A DNA stretch of 64,000 bases, from positions 3,542-67,541 of the forward strand of contig JBJEDO010000024.1 of assembly GCA_051872155.1 (NCBI GenBank), in the 5' to 3' direction. The stretch comes from Candidatus Limisoma sp. GTDB lineage: Bacteria > Bacteroidota > Bacteroidia > Bacteroidales > Muribaculaceae. Below are positions 54,957 to 64,000 of this stretch, piece after piece. The notes under the pieces were generated by a model. It saw only the letters and a list, made by a program, of their open reading frames with translations. It was not told the origin of the DNA and made no database searches. The position numbers and the translations under genes were made by a program. The stretch's first letter is position 1, and every line of letters begins with the position of its first letter.

Positions 54957-55389
54957 CAAACTAATTCTTAATTTCCAAGCGGATTTTAAATAAATTTTTA
55001 TGAATTAATTAAATTCCACGTTATTAATACTAATTTAACCATTAACTCGTAGAAATCTGCGCAAATTCCAAAAATATTTAAAACAAATTGTACTAAATCA
55101 CCCGAAATTATAGTTTTATAACACAATTACTCAGCAAAATGTTCACCATTCTACATAAAAATTTCGGCAAGCACGCTCAAATTTGACGAAAAATTAGCAA
55201 AATTCGCACAAAAACGAGCGATTTTTAGAAGTTAAGGCTGCCAACGGGCGCCAAACAATAGTCCGACCGGACGACAAATTTTACGCAAAAACACATAAAT
55301 AAATAGAAATAACGAAATTTTTATCTAATTGAATTTCGCTATGTGATAAATATTTGTTTCCTTTGCACCGTTTTTTGTGTTTTAAGAAT

Positions 55390-56235
55390 ATGGAAGTTTT
55401 TAGAACTGTAAAAGAATTTGAGTTGGCGACCGCCGGAAAGCGGTCGGAAGGCAAGAGTGTAGGACTGGTACCGACCATGGGCGCCCTCCACGAGGGACAC
55501 CTGTCGCTTGTAGAGCGAGCACGCCGCGAAAACGACTATGTAGCCGTCAGCGTGTTTGTCAACCCTACACAATTTAACAACAAAGAAGACCTGCGCACCT
55601 ACCCTCGCACCGAGGAGCACGACTTTGCGCTGCTCAGCGCAGCCGGAGTCGACGCCGTATTTGCTCCGTCGGTCGAAGAAGTATATCCCGAGCCCGACAC
55701 ACGCGTGTTCGACCTCGGTCCGGTTGCAGAAGTGATGGAAGGCAAATACCGCCCCGGGCACTTCAACGGCGTGGCGCAAATCGTCAGCAAACTCTTCCGC
55801 TATGCCAACCCGACACGCGCCTATTTCGGTGAAAAAGATTTCCAACAGATAGCCGTGATTCGTCGCATGGCGCAACTCGAAGGCTTCGACCTCGAGATAG
55901 TGTCGTGCCCCATCCGACGCGAAAGCGACGGGCTCGCGCTGAGCAGCCGCAACGTGCGTTTGACAGCCGAACAGCGAAAGTTGGCGCCGAATATTGCCAA
56001 AATATTGTTCGAAAGTTGTAACTTTGCAAAGTTGCACACCGTGGCGGAAACCATCGACTTCGTAGTCGACTCGATAAACGCAATCGACCAAATGCGCGTG
56101 GAATACTACGAAATCGTCGACGGAACGACAATGCAGGCAGTCGACTCGTGGGAGAGCAGCGACTACATCGTTGGTTGCATTACCGTCTACTGCGGCGAAG
56201 TGCGACTGATTGACAATATTTGCTACAAGAAATAA
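55390..56235 (+). CDS. panC: Pantoate--beta-alanine ligase
   Basis: '[18 protein letters not shown]', '[10 protein letters not shown]', 'FGEKDFQQ'. 281 aa from ATG 55390. Confidence 0.95.
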   Translation: MEVFRTVKEFELATAGKRSEGKSVGLVPTMGALHEGHLSLVERARRENDYVAVSVFVNPTQFNNKEDLRTYPRTEEHDFALLSAAGVDAVFAPSVEEVYPEPDTRVFDLGPVAEVMEGKYRPGHFNGVAQIVSKLFRYANPTRAYFGEKDFQQIAVIRRMAQLEGFDLEIVSCPIRRESDGLALSSRNVRLTAEQRKLAPNIAKILFESCNFAKLHTVAETIDFVVDSINAIDQMRVEYYEIVDGTTMQAVDSWESSDYIVGCITVYCGEVRLIDNICYKK

Positions 56236-56244
56236 CAACGAATA

Positions 56245-56601
56245 ATGCAGATAGAAGTATTAAAGTCGAAAATACATCGAGCAACGGTGACCAATGCCGA
56301 CCTTAATTATATAGGTAGCATAACCATCGATGAAGACTTGATGGACGCAGCCGGCATCGTAGCCAACGAGCGCGTCTACATCGTAGACAACAACAACGGC
56401 GAACGCATCGACACGTACGCCATACCGGGCCCGCGCGGCGGAGGCGACATCTGTCTCAACGGTGCGGCAGCGCGCCGCGTCTATCCCGGCGACGTAGTCA
56501 TCATCATGGCTTACGCTTGGATGAGCGCCGACGAGGCTCGCACTTTTGCACCTAAAATAGTATTTCCTGAACCGGGAACAAACAAACTGGCTAAAGAATA
56601 A
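56245..56601 (+). CDS. panD: Aspartate 1-decarboxylase
   Basis: '[23 protein letters not shown]' includes the Gly-Ser self-cleavage site. Confidence 0.95.
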   Translation: MQIEVLKSKIHRATVTNADLNYIGSITIDEDLMDAAGIVANERVYIVDNNNGERIDTYAIPGPRGGGDICLNGAAARRVYPGDVVIIMAYAWMSADEARTFAPKIVFPEPGTNKLAKE

Positions 56602-56621
56602 ACCTATTAAGATATCATCAA

Positions 56622-57956
56622 ATGTTTGAAAATTTAAGCGAAAGACTCGAGAGGTCGTTTAAGATATTAAAAGGACAAGGAACAATCTCTGAAATCAACG
56701 TAGCCGAAACGATGAAAGACATTCGGCGCGCATTGGTCGAAGCCGACGTCAACTACATCGTTGCCAAAAACTTTACCAACACCGTTAAAGAAAAGGCAAT
56801 CGGTCAGAAAGTGTTGACATCGGTCAAGCCGAAAGAGATGATGGTCAAGATTGTTCACGACGAACTTGCCGTCCTCATGGGCGGCGACACCGCCCCGTTT
56901 AACGTCAACGACAATCCCGCCATCGTACTTATGTCGGGACTTCAAGGCTCCGGTAAGACGACATTCTCGGGCAAAATTGCTAAGAAATATAAATCGGAGA
57001 AAGGCAAACGTCCCCTACTCGTTGCCTGCGACGTCTATCGTCCCGCAGCCGCCGAGCAGCTGAAAGTGCTGGGCGAGCAAATCGAAGTGCCCGTCTACAC
57101 AGAGCCCGACTCGAAAGACCCGGTAAAGATTGCCGAGCACGCCATCGCCTACGCTCGCGAGAACCATCACGACTTGGTGATTGTCGACACCGCCGGCCGC
57201 TTGGCTGTCGATGAGCAAATGATGGACGAAATCGTTGCCATCAAACAAGCCATCAACCCGACCGAAACGCTCTTCGTGGTCGACTCGACAACCGGTCAAG
57301 ACGCAGTCAACACGGCAAAAGAATTCAACACCCGACTCGATTTCGACGGCGTAGTGCTCACCAAGCTCGACGGCGACGCTCGCGGTGGTGCAGCCCTGTC
57401 GATTCGCACAGTCGTTACTAAGCCTATCAAGTTTGTCGGTACAGGCGAAAAACTTGACGCCATCGACCTCTTCCACCCGGCTCGTATGGCAGACCGTATC
57501 CTCGGTATGGGCGACATCGTCTCGCTCGTCGAACGCGCTCAACAGCAATACGACGAAGAAGAAGCTCGCAAGTTGCACAAGAAAATCGCGCAAAACAAGT
57601 TCGACTTCAACGACTTCCTCGGACAAATCAACCAAATCAAGAAGATGGGTAACATCAAAGATTTGGTTTCGATGATTCCGGGCGTCGGCAAAGCGTTGAA
57701 AAACTTTGAATTCGACGACAACGTGTTTAAAAATATCGAAGCGATAATCGGCTCAATGACGCCCCAAGAGCGCGAAAATCCGAAAATCATCGTCGGCACA
57801 CGTTGCCAACGCATCGCTCGCGGTAGCGGCACATCGATTCAAGAAGTGAACCGCCTCATCAAGCAATTCAACGACATGAGCAAGATGATGCACAAGATGA
57901 CCAACGCCAATCCGAGCAACATGATGAAGAAATTCGGCCGCGGCAAAAGACGCTAA
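56622..57956 (+). CDS. ffh: Signal recognition particle protein
   Basis: 'MFENLSERL...LKG', 'GLQGSGKTT', 'DTAGRL', 'TKLDGDARGGAALS', and a Met-rich M domain. Confidence 0.97.
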   Translation: MFENLSERLERSFKILKGQGTISEINVAETMKDIRRALVEADVNYIVAKNFTNTVKEKAIGQKVLTSVKPKEMMVKIVHDELAVLMGGDTAPFNVNDNPAIVLMSGLQGSGKTTFSGKIAKKYKSEKGKRPLLVACDVYRPAAAEQLKVLGEQIEVPVYTEPDSKDPVKIAEHAIAYARENHHDLVIVDTAGRLAVDEQMMDEIVAIKQAINPTETLFVVDSTTGQDAVNTAKEFNTRLDFDGVVLTKLDGDARGGAALSIRTVVTKPIKFVGTGEKLDAIDLFHPARMADRILGMGDIVSLVERAQQQYDEEEARKLHKKIAQNKFDFNDFLGQINQIKKMGNIKDLVSMIPGVGKALKNFEFDDNVFKNIEAIIGSMTPQERENPKIIVGTRCQRIARGSGTSIQEVNRLIKQFNDMSKMMHKMTNANPSNMMKKFGRGKRR

Positions 57957-57982
57957 AACCCGACCACAAAACGAAAACAGAG

Positions 57983-58014
57983 AAGGCACCCGAATATCAC
58001 GGATGCCTTTTTTG
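57983..58014 (+). terminator. Rho-independent terminator after ffh
   Basis: AAGGCACCCG-aatatca-CGGATGCCTT (one C:A mismatch) followed by TTTTTG. Confidence 0.65.
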
Positions 58015-58032
58015 TGCCTATATAATAATGTC

Positions 58033-59352
58033 CTACATTTCTCGCAGCGAGAGGCATTGCCGCTCAATGGAGTAGTTTTCGTACCTGCCGGTAGCACGAA
58101 TGAAGGTGGCAATTTTGTTTTGCAACAGACCGGCATCGTAGTTCGCTGCATTACGCTTCACCTCTACAAAAGTCACGGTGTTGTCGAGCTCGTTCTCTGC
58201 AATGATGTCAATTTGGTTTTCGCCCTTGCGGTCCCACCAACTACCGATGCGCGTATATTGCCGGCTCTCAATCATAACGCGCTTGAAGTAGCGCTCGAGC
58301 ATTAAGCCCGAGAAAGTGTCATAGTCGCGGTTGATTATCGTTCGAAGTGCTTCATAGTTCTCGATTTCGAGCATATAATTATACTTATAGATAAAACGAA
58401 ACCAAAAAGAGAAGAAATTATCATCGATAGCATATCGAAGATTTCTGCCCGGGCTTGTGGCGAATATGGGCAACTGCCTGGAAATCACCTCATATTCCGC
58501 TTCCAACTTGGTGAGATATCCACCGATTTCTCTACCCACGACAGCCTCAATCTCAGCGCGTGAGGTCTTACCCCGGGCTATTGCAGACAGTATCGAGAAG
58601 TAGACTCCATAGTCCTTGCCGAATTCCTCGATAAGAGTTGCCTTACCTTCGCCCAAGAATATAGAGTCGGCACTGATAATGTGGTCAATCATCCGTGACT
58701 TATTGGTCGCGCCGGCATCTACCAATATCCCGACATACTTTGCAACGCCGCCGGTAAATGAGAACAAAGCCAGTAAGTCGTCCGAATTATAGTCGGGATT
58801 ATATTCGGCTATAATCTCCTTGAGAACGCTTGGCGTAAAAGGCTTGACAGTCATCATTCGAGTTTGGCGATTATAAAGCGGCTCCTTCTTGTCGCGGAAT
58901 ATCTTGGACATCATCGAGAAGATTGAGCCACACACAATCAGATTGATGCGAGCACGATTGTGATAAATATCCCAAATGCGCTGCATATCGCTGTAGATTG
59001 AGCGATTCACGCGGTAAAACTCTTGAAATTCATCGATAAACAGCGTGATAGGTCGTTCAACCGACAGCTTCATCAGAAACTCAAAAATATCGGCAAAACA
59101 TGTGGCATTGCCAAGAGTAGCGATGCCCAGTTTATCGCGAATTTCATCCATATAATCGCTACACAACTCCCCTTCCGCCTTGCGAGACACAAAGAAATAC
59201 AGCATCGGCATACCCTCATAAGCCTTCCACACAAGGTGCGTCTTACCGACGCGACGACGTCCGGTAACGACAGTAAACTGCGCATTGTCGAGTGATAGCT
59301 TTTGTATCTGCTGAAGTGTAGCAATTTCCTCTCTTCTGTCAAAAAATCTCAT
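58033..59352 (-). CDS. Orphan AAA-type ATPase (archaeal-ATPase/DUF234-like) with C-terminal D...E.K nuclease-like motif
   Basis: MRFFDRREEI...TGRRRVGKTHL (Walker A), 'LFIDEFQ' (Walker B), C-terminal 'IDIIAENELDNTVTFVEVKRN'. ATG 59352 is preferred over 59469. Confidence 0.75.
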   Translation of the reverse strand: MRFFDRREEIATLQQIQKLSLDNAQFTVVTGRRRVGKTHLVWKAYEGMPMLYFFVSRKAEGELCSDYMDEIRDKLGIATLGNATCFADIFEFLMKLSVERPITLFIDEFQEFYRVNRSIYSDMQRIWDIYHNRARINLIVCGSIFSMMSKIFRDKKEPLYNRQTRMMTVKPFTPSVLKEIIAEYNPDYNSDDLLALFSFTGGVAKYVGILVDAGATNKSRMIDHIISADSIFLGEGKATLIEEFGKDYGVYFSILSAIARGKTSRAEIEAVVGREIGGYLTKLEAEYEVISRQLPIFATSPGRNLRYAIDDNFFSFWFRFIYKYNYMLEIENYEALRTIINRDYDTFSGLMLERYFKRVMIESRQYTRIGSWWDRKGENQIDIIAENELDNTVTFVEVKRNAANYDAGLLQNKIATFIRATGRYENYSIERQCLSLREM

Positions 59353-59417
59353 AGCGTGCAAAAGATTTGGTTTACGTTTGCGCAACAGCGGTTTCCGAAA
59401 CAGCGGTTGCGCTACTG

Positions 59418-59425
59418 CAAAGATA
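59418..59425 (-). promoter_or_regulatory. -7 box (TAtcTTTG on minus strand) for the ATPase gene
   Basis: CAAAGATA on the plus strand. The predicted leader contains GCGCAAC-agcgGTTTCcGAAACagcg-GTTGCGC (59380-59412). Confidence 0.45.
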
Positions 59426-59609
59426 GCACACTTTTTGCAATCCGTCAAATTATCGCCTTGATTTTTCACACAATTAATTAATCTTCAGAAGCGAGGACGA
59501 AACTCGTGTCGTGCCGAAAATGTGCACACGAACCGAAAAAAAATGATTAATTTTGCGCTGTCGATAGCGGTGTGGAGCACGGCTGTCGGTTTTGTTAATT
59601 TATAATGAT

Positions 59610-60191
59610 ATGAATATATTGATTCTCAATGCGAGTCCGAGGAAGAATGGCAATATTTCGCGGATGCTCGAAGTGATAGAGCACGAAGCCTCGAATTGCG
59701 GGGCAGAGGTAAATGTAGTAGAGGTGTCGAAGTTGACTATCCGCCCGTGCGTGGCGTGTATGACATGCCGCTCCACAAAGAAATGCGTAATGCCCGACGA
59801 CGATGCGCAGCGAGTGCTGCAAAAGATTGAGGATTGCGATGCGATTGTGATAGGCGCGCCGTGCTATTGGGGCAACATCCCCGGCACTCTGAAATTGCTT
59901 TTCGACCGCATTGTGTACGGCATGATGGGCGAAAACAGCATGGCAGTGCCGATGGCGCTTCATAAGGGAAAGAAGGCTGTAATAGTTACGGCGAGCAGCA
60001 CGCTGTGGCCGTTTAACATCATTATGAATCAGACTCGCGGTGTGGTAAGGGCATTGAAAGAAATTCTGGGATGGAGTGGTTTCAAGATAGTGGCAACGGT
60101 GCAGAAAGGCGGCACTTTGCGCCATCCCGAGTTTACCGATGCCGACCGCAAAAAGTGCCTGAAAGCCGCCCGAAAGTTGAAAATCAAATAA
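59610..60191 (+). CDS. Flavodoxin-fold NAD(P)H-dependent FMN reductase / iron-sulfur flavoprotein-like
   Basis: 'MNILILNASPRKNGN', 'CVACMTCRSTKKC', 'DAIVIGAPCYWGNIPG..K..FDR'. Confidence 0.75.
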   Translation: MNILILNASPRKNGNISRMLEVIEHEASNCGAEVNVVEVSKLTIRPCVACMTCRSTKKCVMPDDDAQRVLQKIEDCDAIVIGAPCYWGNIPGTLKLLFDRIVYGMMGENSMAVPMALHKGKKAVIVTASSTLWPFNIIMNQTRGVVRALKEILGWSGFKIVATVQKGGTLRHPEFTDADRKKCLKAARKLKIK

Positions 60192-60292
60192 ACCTGCATT
60201 AGATTCAAGCCGGGGCTTCCATTCAAAACGATATTTATAGCACTTAAAGTCAGAAAGTTGCGGAAAAAATTGTTTGAGTAAAAAAATGTTAT

Positions 60293-60300
60293 TACCTTTG
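60293..60300 (+). promoter_or_regulatory. -7 box (TAccTTTG) for rpsA
   Basis: Exact match 65 nt upstream of ATG 60366. Confidence 0.5.
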
Positions 60301-60365
60301 CAGCCGACTATATAGCAATATAATGTCTAACAATTAATTAACTTTAGTATTAACAATTTTATTAA

Positions 60366-62147
60366 ATGAGCGAATTAAAAAATTCACCAATCGAAGACTT
60401 TGACTGGGATTCATACGAGAACGGTCAAGACGTAGAAGGCCAAAGCCATGACGTTTTGGTAAAGACCTACGAAGATTCTTTGAACTCAATCAAAGACAAA
60501 GAAGTTATCGACGGTACAGTAATCTCGATCAACAAGCGCGAGGTTGTTGTTAACATCGGTTACAAATCAGACGGTATCATTCCTATGAGTGAATTCCGTT
60601 ACAATCCGGAACTGAAAATCGGTGACACCGTAGAGGTCTACATCGAAAATCAGGAGGACAAGAAAGGTCAACTTATCCTTTCACACAAGAAGGCGCGCAT
60701 GGCACGCAGCTGGGATCGCGTCAACGAAGCTCTTGACAACGACGAAATCATCAAGGGTTACATCAAGTGCCGCACCAAGGGCGGTATGATTGTCGATGTA
60801 TTCGGCATTGAAGCATTCTTGCCGGGTTCGCAAATCGACGTTAAACAAATTCGCGACTATGACGTATTCGTAGGCAAAACTATGGAATTCAAGGTCGTGA
60901 AGATCAACCAAGAATACAAGAACGTAGTCGTATCGCACAAAGCTCTCATCGAAGCAGAGCTCGAGCAACAAAAGAAAGACATCATTGCCAAGCTTGAGAA
61001 AGGTCAAGTGCTCGAAGGTACGGTTAAGAACATCACTTCTTACGGTGTATTCATCGACCTCGGCGGCGTAGACGGTCTTATCCACATCACCGACCTCTCT
61101 TGGGGTAGAGTTAACGACCCGAACGAAGTTGTTCAACTCGACCAAAAGCTCAACGTTGTTATCCTCGACTTCGACGACGAAAAGAAGCGCATCGCTCTCG
61201 GCTTGAAGCAACTTCTTCCTCATCCTTGGGATGCTTTGGACGCAGACCTCAAAGTTGGCGACAAAGTTAAAGGTAAAGTTGTCGTTATGGCTGACTACGG
61301 CGCATTCGTTGAAATCGCTCCGGGCGTAGAAGGTCTCATCCACGTTTCAGAAATGTCGTGGTCGCAACACCTCCGTTCTGCTCAAGAATTCTTGAAAGTT
61401 GGCGACGAGGTTGAAGCTGTTATCCTTACTCTCGACCGCAACGAACGCAAGATGTCGCTCGGCATCAAGCAACTCAAAGACGATCCTTGGGGCAACATCG
61501 AAGAGAAATATCCTGTTGGTTCGAAACACACTGCAAAAGTGCGTAACTTCACTAACTTCGGCGTATTCGTAGAACTCGAAGAAGGCGTAGACGGTCTTAT
61601 CCACATCTCCGACCTCTCTTGGACTAAGAAAATCAAACATCCGAGCGAATTCACTCAAATCGGTGCTGATATCGACGTTCAAGTTCTCGAAATCGACAAA
61701 GAAAACCGCCGCTTGAGCCTCGGTCACAAGCAACTCGAAGAGAATCCTTGGGATGTATTCGAAACAGTATTCACTGTTGGCAGCATCCACGAAGGTACTA
61801 TCGTAGAAATGCTCGACAAGGGCGCAGTTATCGCTCTTCCTTATGGCGTTGAAGGTTTCGCTACTCCGAAACACCTCGTTAAAGAAGACGGCTCGCAAGC
61901 TCAAATCGACGAAAAGCTCGACTTCAAGGTTATCGAATTCAACAAAGATTCGAAGCGCATCATCCTTTCGCACAGCCGCATTTTCGAAGATGAGGCTAAG
62001 GCTGAAAAGGCTGAAGCTAAGAAGGCTGCTAAGAAAGCTAAACAAGAAGAAGCTCCGGCAATCAACAACCAAATCGAGAAAACTACTCTCGGTGACATCT
62101 CTGCTCTTGCCGAACTCAAACAAAAGATGGAAAAGGGCGAAAAATAA
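60366..62147 (+). CDS. rpsA: 30S ribosomal protein S1
   Basis: 593 aa. Six S1 repeats ('G.V.....G..V.lg.g..Gl.h.se'). Confidence 0.96.
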   Translation: MSELKNSPIEDFDWDSYENGQDVEGQSHDVLVKTYEDSLNSIKDKEVIDGTVISINKREVVVNIGYKSDGIIPMSEFRYNPELKIGDTVEVYIENQEDKKGQLILSHKKARMARSWDRVNEALDNDEIIKGYIKCRTKGGMIVDVFGIEAFLPGSQIDVKQIRDYDVFVGKTMEFKVVKINQEYKNVVVSHKALIEAELEQQKKDIIAKLEKGQVLEGTVKNITSYGVFIDLGGVDGLIHITDLSWGRVNDPNEVVQLDQKLNVVILDFDDEKKRIALGLKQLLPHPWDALDADLKVGDKVKGKVVVMADYGAFVEIAPGVEGLIHVSEMSWSQHLRSAQEFLKVGDEVEAVILTLDRNERKMSLGIKQLKDDPWGNIEEKYPVGSKHTAKVRNFTNFGVFVELEEGVDGLIHISDLSWTKKIKHPSEFTQIGADIDVQVLEIDKENRRLSLGHKQLEENPWDVFETVFTVGSIHEGTIVEMLDKGAVIALPYGVEGFATPKHLVKEDGSQAQIDEKLDFKVIEFNKDSKRIILSHSRIFEDEAKAEKAEAKKAAKKAKQEEAPAINNQIEKTTLGDISALAELKQKMEKGEK

Positions 62148-62172
62148 TCGACCTGACTTTATAACTCAATCG

Positions 62173-62207
62173 AAAAGGTGTATCAAAACTGATACACCTT
62201 TTTTTTT
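62173..62207 (+). terminator. Rho-independent terminator after rpsA
   Basis: AAAAGGTGTATC-aaaact-GATACACCTTTT followed by a T run. Confidence 0.8.
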
Positions 62208-62294
62208 GTCGGCATTTATCCTGCATTATTTATATCAGTCCGTCACTAAAGCACTAACCGACAATGCATTAGCGGCGACGATGAATAATGCAGA

Positions 62295-62552
62295 TTAAGA
62301 AAGAACAATCAGCGCGATAAGTGAGAGCATGCCGACGATAAACGTCACGGCAGCGATGAGCCGGAGCAATTGTTTCGGCTTTTCCGCTGTTTGACGGGTC
62401 GACATAAAGAATGTGTATCCGCCAAGGAAGACGAAGAAATCGTCGACGAATCCGTACCACGCCGTGTCGCAGTCGTACGGAGCTATTACATAGGCAATAG
62501 CCGCCAACAGGGCGAGTATGCCTAACGGTCGGAGTCGTTGTTGTTTTGCCAT
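62295..62552 (-). CDS. Small membrane protein (YkvA/DUF1232-like)
   Basis: 85 aa. 'LLAAIAYVIAPYDCD...YGFVDDFFVFL' resembles the DUF1232 core. Overlaps the upstream gene by 31 nt. Confidence 0.5.
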   Translation of the reverse strand: MAKQQRLRPLGILALLAAIAYVIAPYDCDTAWYGFVDDFFVFLGGYTFFMSTRQTAEKPKQLLRLIAAVTFIVGMLSLIALIVLS

Positions 62553-62926
62553 AGTGTATTAATTTGATTCCACCCTATTTGAAAGTATTGCCGGTTGAAG
62601 TCGCCCGAACGAACCACGATGCCGTCGGCAATTACCACATCGAGGTCCAAAGGGATGACGCCCGCCATCTTGCTCTGCGGCGTCCTGCCGGCAAGGGTTT
62701 CGATGTGCTTAAGCAGCGCGGTAAGACTGTCGAGGTTGAGGTCGGCTCTGACCACTGCGACGGCATTGAGATAGTCGGCATCGCGACTGTTCAGCGCCGG
62801 AGTGACGTAAGCCTCCGAGCGGGCAACTACGTCGAGCCGCAAGCCCAGTTCGTCGAAGCCGAAGGCAAGACGTTCAGCCTTGTCGACAGCGTTACTTCCT
62901 ATCGAAACTACATAGGTATTCATCAT
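62522..62926 (-). CDS. folK: HPPK (FolK)-like 6-hydroxymethyl-7,8-dihydropterin pyrophosphokinase
   Basis: 'YVVSIGSN', 'AYVTPAL...ADYLNAVAVV', 'IETLAGR' and 'IPLDLDVV' align by eye with E. coli FolK (AIGSN, PDYLNAA, LDLDI). The distal His-containing segment is divergent. Confidence 0.55.
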   Translation of the reverse strand: MMNTYVVSIGSNAVDKAERLAFGFDELGLRLDVVARSEAYVTPALNSRDADYLNAVAVVRADLNLDSLTALLKHIETLAGRTPQSKMAGVIPLDLDVVIADGIVVRSGDFNRQYFQIGWNQINTLWQNNNDSDR

Positions 62927-64000
62927 CCGATGCCTTTCATTGTTAGAGCAATACGGCGGCGCTCGGCGTCGATTTCCTTAACCATAACGCGAACGTGCTG
63001 ATGAATCTTGACCACGTCCGAGGGCGAAGCGACATAAGTGTCGGAAAGTTCGGAAATGTGTACAAGCCCGTTTTCCTTGATGCCGATGTCGACGAAACAG
63101 CCGAATTGAGTAATGTTGGTAACGATTCCGTCGAGTTGCATACCGATTTTTAAGTCGTCGAACGAGCGAATGCTGTCGTCGAACTTAAAAGTAGACGCCG
63201 TTTGACGAGGGTCACGCCCGGGCTTGTCGAGTTCCGCCATAATGTCGGTAAGCGTCGGCATACCGACTTTGCCCGACACGTATTTAGTAATGTCGATTGC
63301 GCGACGGATGCTGCTGTCGGCAATCAGAGCATCGACCGAGCAACGGCAGTCGTCAGCCATTCGGCGCACGATGTCGTAGTTTTCGGGATGAACGGCGGTA
63401 TTGTCGAGCGGATTTTTTGCGCCGGGAATGCGGAGAAATCCCGCCGACTGCTCGTAAGCCTTTGCGCCGAGGCGCGGTACGTTGAGCAATTGGCTGCGCG
63501 AGGAGAAGTCGCCGTGCGCAGCGCGATAGTCAACGATATTTTTTGCCAGTTGCGGTCCCAAACCGGAAACATAGGTAAGCAATTCTTTCGACGCCGTATT
63601 AAGATTTACGCCGACGCTGTTGACGCAACTTGCCACGGTGAAATCCAACGCACGTCGCAGTTTCGCCTGGTCGACGTCGTACTGATACTGCCCGACGCCA
63701 ATCGATTTGGGGTCGATTTTGACAAGCTCGGCGAGCGGGTCGAGCAAACGGCGACCAATCGACACGGCACCGCGCACGGTTACGTCCTTGTCGGGAAATT
63801 CTTCGCGAGCGACCGCCGAAGCGGAATAGATTGATGCGCCGTCTTCGCTGACCAAGTAAACTTCTACCGGATGCGAAAAGCGTATGCCGCTGAGAAATTG
63901 CTTGGTTTCGCGGCTTGCCGTGCCGTTTCCGATGGCGATTGCGTCGATTTTGAAAGCATCAACAAGATGAATAATTTTTCTTGCGGCGCCTTCGACGTCG
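62923..64000 (-). CDS. tex: Tex-like transcription accessory protein, 5' part outside the window
   Basis: The frame stays open upstream of the listed TTG at 63855 to the window end (...AIAIGNGTASRETKQFL... YqgF-like). HhH region, then a C-terminal S1 domain (DGIVTNITQFGCFVDIG...GLVHISEL). Confidence 0.88.
   Translation of the reverse strand, partial: DVEGAARKIIHLVDAFKIDAIAIGNGTASRETKQFLSGIRFSHPVEVYLVSEDGASIYSASAVAREEFPDKDVTVRGAVSIGRRLLDPLAELVKIDPKSIGVGQYQYDVDQAKLRRALDFTVASCVNSVGVNLNTASKELLTYVSGLGPQLAKNIVDYRAAHGDFSSRSQLLNVPRLGAKAYEQSAGFLRIPGAKNPLDNTAVHPENYDIVRRMADDCRCSVDALIADSSIRRAIDITKYVSGKVGMPTLTDIMAELDKPGRDPRQTASTFKFDDSIRSFDDLKIGMQLDGIVTNITQFGCFVDIGIKENGLVHISELSDTYVASPSDVVKIHQHVRVMVKEIDAERRRIALTMKGIG

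Noticed and set aside
62221-62293. 10-bp perfect inverted repeat CTGCATTATT ... AATAATGCAG with a 53-nt loop, between the rpsA terminator and the DUF1232-like gene.
   Set aside because: It is AT-rich, has a long loop and no associated feature. It is most simply part of the 3' UTR or terminator region of the minus-strand operon.
1-64000. Search by eye for tRNA, rRNA, tmRNA, SRP RNA, CRISPR arrays, IS elements, integrases and prophage genes.
   Set aside because: I recognised no cloverleaf-like or rRNA-like segments, no regularly spaced direct repeats, and no transposase or integrase motifs in any listed ORF. Small ncRNAs cannot be excluded without covariance models.

Overview
This 64-kb window reads as chromosomal DNA from a Bacteroidales (Bacteroidota) bacterium. 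That is an inference from three proteins ending in T9SS/Por-type C-terminal sorting domains, type V (FimA/Mfa-like) pilin lipoproteins, a TAnnTTTG -7 box in front of most transcription units, and a Na+-pumping methylmalonyl-CoA decarboxylase operon. I can support 54 protein-coding genes. I found no tRNA, rRNA, CRISPR array, integrase or transposase.

Layout:
(i) 1-6.5 kb: two very large T9SS-sorted Fn3 / choice-of-anchor-J surface proteins.
(ii) mscL and pta-ackA.
(iii) 9.4-22.6 kb: a type V pilus-like locus. Two pilin-family lipoprotein genes are followed by a 2,287-aa discoidin/GLUG protein with a T9SS tail and a start/stop-overlapping DUF1573 gene. A second pilin gene and an unknown gene follow.
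(iv) A BtuFCD/FecBCD-type ABC importer with a tightly coupled unknown gene.
(v) Housekeeping genes (rsgA, tilS, pheS, nth, glnS, bioB, panCD, ffh, rpsA, folK-like, tex). Interspersed are a RecD-like helicase, a PD-(D/E)XK nuclease, a GtrA/GT-C membrane module, an OmpR-type response regulator with its kinase, and an orphan ATPase.
(vi) An mce-mmdA-(lamin-tail::OadG)-mmdC-mmdB operon.
(vii) 46.3-51.0 kb: a visibly low-G+C island of six same-strand ORFans.

Most worth a second look:
- A 368-bp segment in the island bounded by 36-bp inverted repeats (34/36 match) with an internal -7 box. It is a candidate inverton or MITE.
- The island itself and its imperfect flanking direct repeats.
- The pilin + giant T9SS adhesin + DUF1573 operon.
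- A secreted protein made of exact 22-residue repeats.
- A lamin-tail::OadG fusion.
- A lipoprotein with DnaJ-type CxxCxGxG zinc fingers.
- Two housekeeping genes whose -7 box sits 4 nt from the ATG, which implies leaderless mRNAs.

All functional calls come from by-eye motif recognition on the supplied translations and DNA. No searches or computations beyond hand counting were run.
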